From the IMG/VR virus record IMGVR_UViG_3300026223_000001: a DNA stretch of 43,294 nt. One strand, 5' to 3'. Below, piece after piece: positions 40,663 through 43,294 of the stretch. Within the stretch, counting starts at the first letter, position 1, and every line of letters starts with the position of its first letter. The notes beneath the pieces were generated by a model. It was not told where the DNA came from. It saw nothing but the letters and a program-made list of their open reading frames with translations, and made no database searches. This DNA comes from a virus. The translations under genes and the position numbers were made by a program.

Positions 40663-40906
40663 AATCGGCCTCTTCTTTCCGCCCGTCGCTAATCACGGCG
40701 GGCACTTTGTTATCTCGGTTGGTACCGTTCTCCTGCCGCCCGTCGTGCGTGACGCAGCGACACTGACCGTGTAGGTGCTTGAAGACGTTCGGCTCGCTAA
40801 GGCCGGTCAGATCGGCGATCTCGCGCAGAAGCCAACCCTGGCCGCGGAGCCCCACTAACAGCGTGTGAAACTTCGCAGCGCGCACCGCCGTGCTCCTATG
40901 GCTCAT
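40631..40906 (-). CDS. HTH DNA-binding protein candidate (91 aa)
   Basis: Track ORF 40631..41017. ATG 40906 (ATGA overlap). GWLLREIADLTGLSEPNVFKHL is HTH-like. Confidence 0.45.
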   Translation of the reverse strand: MSHRSTAVRAAKFHTLLVGLRGQGWLLREIADLTGLSEPNVFKHLHGQCRCVTHDGRQENGTNRDNKVPAVISDGRKEEADYGDPIHRDSE

Positions 40907-41088
40907 GCGTCCACTCGGTTCAGAGTTGGCCGGTCGCCCGTGCAGTCTTTGCAGCCGGGACAGGCGTGACAGCGTTCGTGTGCGACGGGTGCGACGTTGA
41001 CATTGGCTTGACGGCAACGCCTAAGCATCGGATGTGCGAGGCAGATCCATTTGCGCCCGTAGCAGCGCGCCAGCGGTCGCGCCGTCAT
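40903..41088 (-). CDS. Small Cys-rich protein (61 aa)
   Basis: Track ORF 40903..41238. ATG 41088 (ATGA overlap). MTARPLARCYGRKWICLAHP...HERCHACPGCKDC. Confidence 0.4.
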   Translation of the reverse strand: MTARPLARCYGRKWICLAHPMLRRCRQANVNVAPVAHERCHACPGCKDCTGDRPTLNRVDA

Positions 41089-41261
41089 GCCGTCACGCCA
41101 TTCGTGCGCAGGCACCATTGGAATGTGAGCACCCGGCGGCCGGCGTATTCGACCAGCACACGCCGACGCGGGAAGTTCCGCACAATCGCTACAGCCGCGC
41201 CCACCGGGATCGCGCTCGCCTGATACGCCTTCGTCCACTTGTCGCCGCGATACGTCTTCAT
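41085..41261 (-). CDS. Hypothetical micro-protein (58 aa) ending RTNGVTA
   Basis: Below the track cut-off. MKTYRGDKWTKAYQASAIPVGAAVAIVRNFPRRRVLVEYAGRRVLTFQWCLRTNGVTA. ATGA overlaps at both ends. Confidence 0.35.
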   Translation of the reverse strand: MKTYRGDKWTKAYQASAIPVGAAVAIVRNFPRRRVLVEYAGRRVLTFQWCLRTNGVTA

Positions 41262-41749
41262 GCCGTCACGCCGTTCGTGCGCTTGATGCTTTGTAGTGCG
41301 CTAGCTTTAAATGGATCGCTAGACATCCCAGTAGTCGTCTTGCTGAGTGAGTGAATAATCGTGGAGTGATCGCGGCCGCCGAGTTCATGCCCAATCGCCT
41401 TCAAGATCATTCCCGAGTCCCGCATCCGCCGCGCCGCCCGATCCCGCGCCAAAACATATTCCTGGCGTCGCGCCCGCCCGGTAACGTCCGCGACCGTACA
41501 GCCGCCAAGCGCCGCTTCCTCCACGAGGATCTGCGCCGCGAAGACGTTCCCGCTCTGTCGCGCAACCTCTGCGACCTGTCGTTCCAATAGTTCTTTCCGC
41601 CGTCGTATCGCCGCGTACAGCACCGGCAAGCCGCCCGGCACGTCGTAGCGGCAAATCGGCAGCGGGCAAGTGAAACACGAATCGGAGACGTCCGGACAAC
41701 CGTTGTCGGGGTACACCCAGTCGATGGCGTCGTGCGATGTGACGGTCAT
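41258..41749 (-). CDS. DnaA-domain-IV-like DNA-binding protein (163 aa) ending RTNGVTA
   Basis: Track ORF 41258..41815. ATG 41749 (ATGA overlap). RRQEYVLARDRAARRMRDSGMILKAIGHELGGRDHSTIIHSLSK matches the DnaA C-terminal HTH (IG..fGgRDHsTV.ha). N-terminal Cys cluster. Confidence 0.6.
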   Translation of the reverse strand: MTVTSHDAIDWVYPDNGCPDVSDSCFTCPLPICRYDVPGGLPVLYAAIRRRKELLERQVAEVARQSGNVFAAQILVEEAALGGCTVADVTGRARRQEYVLARDRAARRMRDSGMILKAIGHELGGRDHSTIIHSLSKTTTGMSSDPFKASALQSIKRTNGVTA

Positions 41750-41985
41750 GCGAGCGCCTCGGTGAAGGGCCGCCCGCTCAGCCGCGAGTGGAAACGAATG
41801 TGGCAGGAACGGCAAAGAAAACGCACGTCCAGCGGCTTAGCGTAATCGTCGTGGTGGGCAACGGGCGTGCAGGCGTCGTGGCAGTGCGCGCAAATGTCGG
41901 GCACGACGATCTCGCCACGCTTCATGGCGCGAGCCACGGCCACATGCGCCGCTTCTTGCTCCGGCGTCTTCCCCCAGCGCGTCAC
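41746..41985 (-). CDS. Small HNH endonuclease-like protein (79 aa)
   Basis: Track ORF 41746..42024. Start set to GTG 41985, just after the RHH stop. CAHCHDACTPVAHHDDYAKPLDVRFLCRSCHIRFH. Confidence 0.55.
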   Translation of the reverse strand: MTRWGKTPEQEAAHVAVARAMKRGEIVVPDICAHCHDACTPVAHHDDYAKPLDVRFLCRSCHIRFHSRLSGRPFTEALA

Positions 41986-41986
41986 G

Positions 41987-42151
41987 CTAGGCAACGGCTG
42001 CGACCTTCTTCGTCGCCATCTCATCCGAGAGCACCTTGATGATGAGACTAGTGAGCGTTCGATGGTCGGCCTCGGCCATCTTTTCGAGCCGGTCTTTCAT
42101 TGCGGTCGGGACCCGGAGTCCGATGTACGAGGTGCGGGATGTCTCGGTCAT
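41987..42151 (-). CDS. Ribbon-helix-helix (CopG/Arc-type) regulator (54 aa), first gene of the minus-strand early operon
   Basis: Below the track cut-off. ATG preceded by GGAGG. MTETSRTSYIGLRVPTAMKDRLEKMAEADHRTLTSLIIKVLSDEMATKKVAAVA. Frame checked against track ORF 41746..42024. Confidence 0.6.
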   Translation of the reverse strand: MTETSRTSYIGLRVPTAMKDRLEKMAEADHRTLTSLIIKVLSDEMATKKVAAVA

Positions 42152-42181
42152 TTATTGCCTCCTGCTATATCGCTGTCCGCA

Positions 42182-42236
42182 ATATTGCACCCTGCAAAAT
42201 GATATTGCAAGGGGCAATCGCGCGAATATTGCAGGG
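42182..42236. promoter_or_regulatory. Three operator-like ATATTGCA repeats in the divergent intergenic region
   Basis: The copies are aATATTGCAcccTGCAAaAT (near-perfect 19-bp palindrome), gATATTGCAaggGGCAAtcg (imperfect palindrome) and aATATTGCAgggcg (half-site). Spacing is 20 and 23 bp. On the minus strand, TTGCAA-N17-CAATAT overlaps them. Confidence 0.55.
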
Positions 42237-42268
42237 CGTGAACCCTTATCGCAGCGCGTAATACATTG

Positions 42269-42297
42269 TTGACAAGCGTTTAACAGGGTGCGAAGAT
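42269..42297 (+). promoter_or_regulatory. Candidate promoter for the XRE-HTH gene
   Basis: TTGACA-N17-(TGc)GAAGAT. The -10 element ends ~7 nt before GTG 42305, which suggests a possibly leaderless transcript. Confidence 0.35.
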
Positions 42298-42304
42298 TGG
42301 CGAC

Positions 42305-42604
42305 GTGGAAGGACTGTTCGTGGTTATGGGCGTTCGAGATTATCTGCGCGAGCAGAGGTCACGGTTCCGCACCCAGGAAGACATGCTCGCCTTCATAGAG
42401 CGCGAGTCCGGCGAGAGAGTGGCGCAGTCCACCCTATCGCTGTGGCTGTCTGGCAAGCGGGGCCTAACCAACCGACACTCGTTGCAGACCATACGCAAAG
42501 CGTTCGCGGTGTCTGACCGGAAATGGAAGCAGATGCTGTGGGCCGATATGGTTGAAGCCGAGGACGGCGAAGCCCTGAACCCGCGACGTGTTCGCACTGC
42601 CTGA
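42305..42604 (+). CDS. XRE/cI-type HTH regulator (99 aa; alternative start ATG 42326)
   Basis: RDYLREQRSRFRTQEDMLAFIERESGERVAQSTLSLWLSGKRG matches the XRE-family HTH pattern. It is divergent from the RHH gene. Confidence 0.6.
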   Translation: MEGLFVVMGVRDYLREQRSRFRTQEDMLAFIERESGERVAQSTLSLWLSGKRGLTNRHSLQTIRKAFAVSDRKWKQMLWADMVEAEDGEALNPRRVRTA

Positions 42605-42671
42605 GTGATTCTGACATAACGCGCAGTTTAGATAGACTAGCGCGGACATAACGGGAAACACTTCAGTTATA

Positions 42672-42971
42672 GTGCGAACACTTTCCAGATACGAAATGCA
42701 ACGATCGACATTGGCGGATCATCAACAGGGTGCAATGGGCGCACCACGGCGACACATCCAGCCCATTGGCGAGCGCCGCAAGTACCGCCCCATCGACTGC
42801 ACGTGCGACGGCATCGGCCCCTACTGCGCCGTCTGCCTAGTTCTGATGGCCTGCGCCTTACGCCAAGCGCACCCGGCGACGCTCTCGATCGCCATCCTCA
42901 AAAGACGCATCCCAGGCGTCACCGGGCGCGAGGCTTCGCTGCTGCTGGAAGCCTCGAAGCTCTACGTTTGA
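42672..42971 (+). CDS. Hypothetical protein (99 aa; start uncertain)
   Basis: Track ORF. CTCDGIGPYCAVC... is followed by an HTH-like LSIAILKRRIPGVTGREASLLL. It ends next to the tRNA-like gene on the opposite strand. Confidence 0.35.
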   Translation: MRTLSRYEMQRSTLADHQQGAMGAPRRHIQPIGERRKYRPIDCTCDGIGPYCAVCLVLMACALRQAHPATLSIAILKRRIPGVTGREASLLLEASKLYV

Positions 42972-42973
42972 GC

Positions 42974-43056
42974 CGCCCTCGGTAGGACTTGAACCTACAT
43001 CCCCCGGCTTCACCTCAAGGGATCCACCGGGACTCTGCCAATTAAGCTACAAGGAC
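42974..43056 (-). tRNA. tRNA-like gene with canonical acceptor, D and T arms but a 17-18-nt anticodon loop (identity undetermined)
   Basis: Minus strand: GTCCTTG TA GCTT AATTGGCA GAGT C CCGGT [GGATCC(C)CTTGAGGTGAA] GCCGG GGGAT GTAGG TTCAAGT CCTAC CGAGGGC G. No CCA is encoded. Coordinates +/-2 nt. Confidence 0.5.
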
Positions 43057-43058
43057 GA

Positions 43059-43133
43059 TGGTAGCCGCAGCGGGACTCGCACCCGCGACCTCCGGGTTAT
43101 GAGCCCGGCGAGCTGCTGCTGCTCCATGCGGCG
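43059..43133 (-). tRNA. Initiator-like tRNA-Met (anticodon CAU) with atypical D and T loops
   Basis: Minus strand: CGCCGCA TG GAGC AGCAGCA GCTC G CCGGG CTCATAA CCCGG AGGTC GCGGG TGCGAGT CCCGC TGCGGCT A CCA (75 nt). It has a C1xU72 mismatch and GGG/CCC pairs closing the anticodon stem. Coordinates +/-2 nt. Confidence 0.6.
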
Positions 43134-43167
43134 ACTAGAGTTTATCACCCCACCGGCGGCGCTGGCG

Positions 43168-43294
43168 GCATGGCTTGGCCGCTACCGGGCACCGGCGGTA
43201 CAGGCGGCGCGGGCGGCGGCGGCCACATTGGCTTTGAGTAGGTCACCTCGCCTGTCCGCGCGTTCGTGAGCGCGATGACGATGGGTGGCGTTAC
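43168..43294. repeat. Terminal direct repeat, copy 2 (identical to 1..127)
   Basis: The last 127 nt equal the first 127 nt. Confidence 0.95.

Noticed and set aside
42974-43056. Calling the tRNA-like element tRNA-Ser(UGA) on the basis of the embedded CTTGAGG heptamer.
   Set aside because: The heptamer is not closed by a 5-bp stem. There is no long variable arm as expected for a bacterial tRNA-Ser.
42974-43133. tRNA-like pair as an attP/integration module.
   Set aside because: No integrase or excisionase is recognisable next to it or anywhere in the window. Both elements look like full-length tRNA-shaped genes rather than 3' fragments.

Overview
This window is a complete, high-GC tailed-phage genome of about 43.2 kb, delivered as a circularly closed contig. 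The first 127 nt equal the last 127 nt, so the unique length is 43,167 bp. Nearly everything is encoded on the minus strand in densely packed operons, and more than 35 gene junctions are 4-nt ATGA/GTGA start-stop overlaps. Reading the minus strand from high to low coordinates: (1) A divergent lysogeny-type switch at ~42.15-42.3 kb: an RHH protein facing a plus-strand XRE-HTH protein, with three ATATTGCA operator-like repeats. (2) Early genes: a small HNH, a DnaA-domain-IV-like protein, an HTH protein, many tiny Cys-rich zinc-ribbon-like proteins, paralogous tail-anchored membrane proteins, a RecT-like annealase, a RusA resolvase, a transglycosylase-like protein and a truncated C5-cytosine methyltransferase. 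(3) A visibly more AT-rich mosaic segment (~29.0-33.5 kb) holding a replication-protein-like gene, a short plus-strand micro-operon, an IS1595-family transposase relic, an unrecognisable 271-aa protein and a TerS-like gene. (4) A repeat-rich non-coding gap. (5) TerL, interrupted by a 273-aa intein whose HNH nuclease lies in a different reading frame. (6) Portal, then two giant virion proteins: 944 aa with an N-terminal SLT/lysozyme-like domain and internal tandem repeats, and 1416 aa. (7) Scaffold, major capsid protein, head/neck/tail proteins and a Thr/Ala-rich fibre. (8) A dispersed lysis cassette with a GH25-like endolysin and several small membrane proteins. (9) Two tandem non-canonical tRNA-like genes: an initiator-like CAU tRNA and a tRNA-like element with a 17-18-nt anticodon loop. 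No integrase, DNA polymerase, rRNA or CRISPR array was seen. Product names come from motif recognition by eye only; no database search was possible. Coordinates taken from the ORF track, or shifted from it in multiples of 3, are exact. Coordinates of RNA genes, hairpins and repeats were counted by hand and may be off by 1-2 nt.
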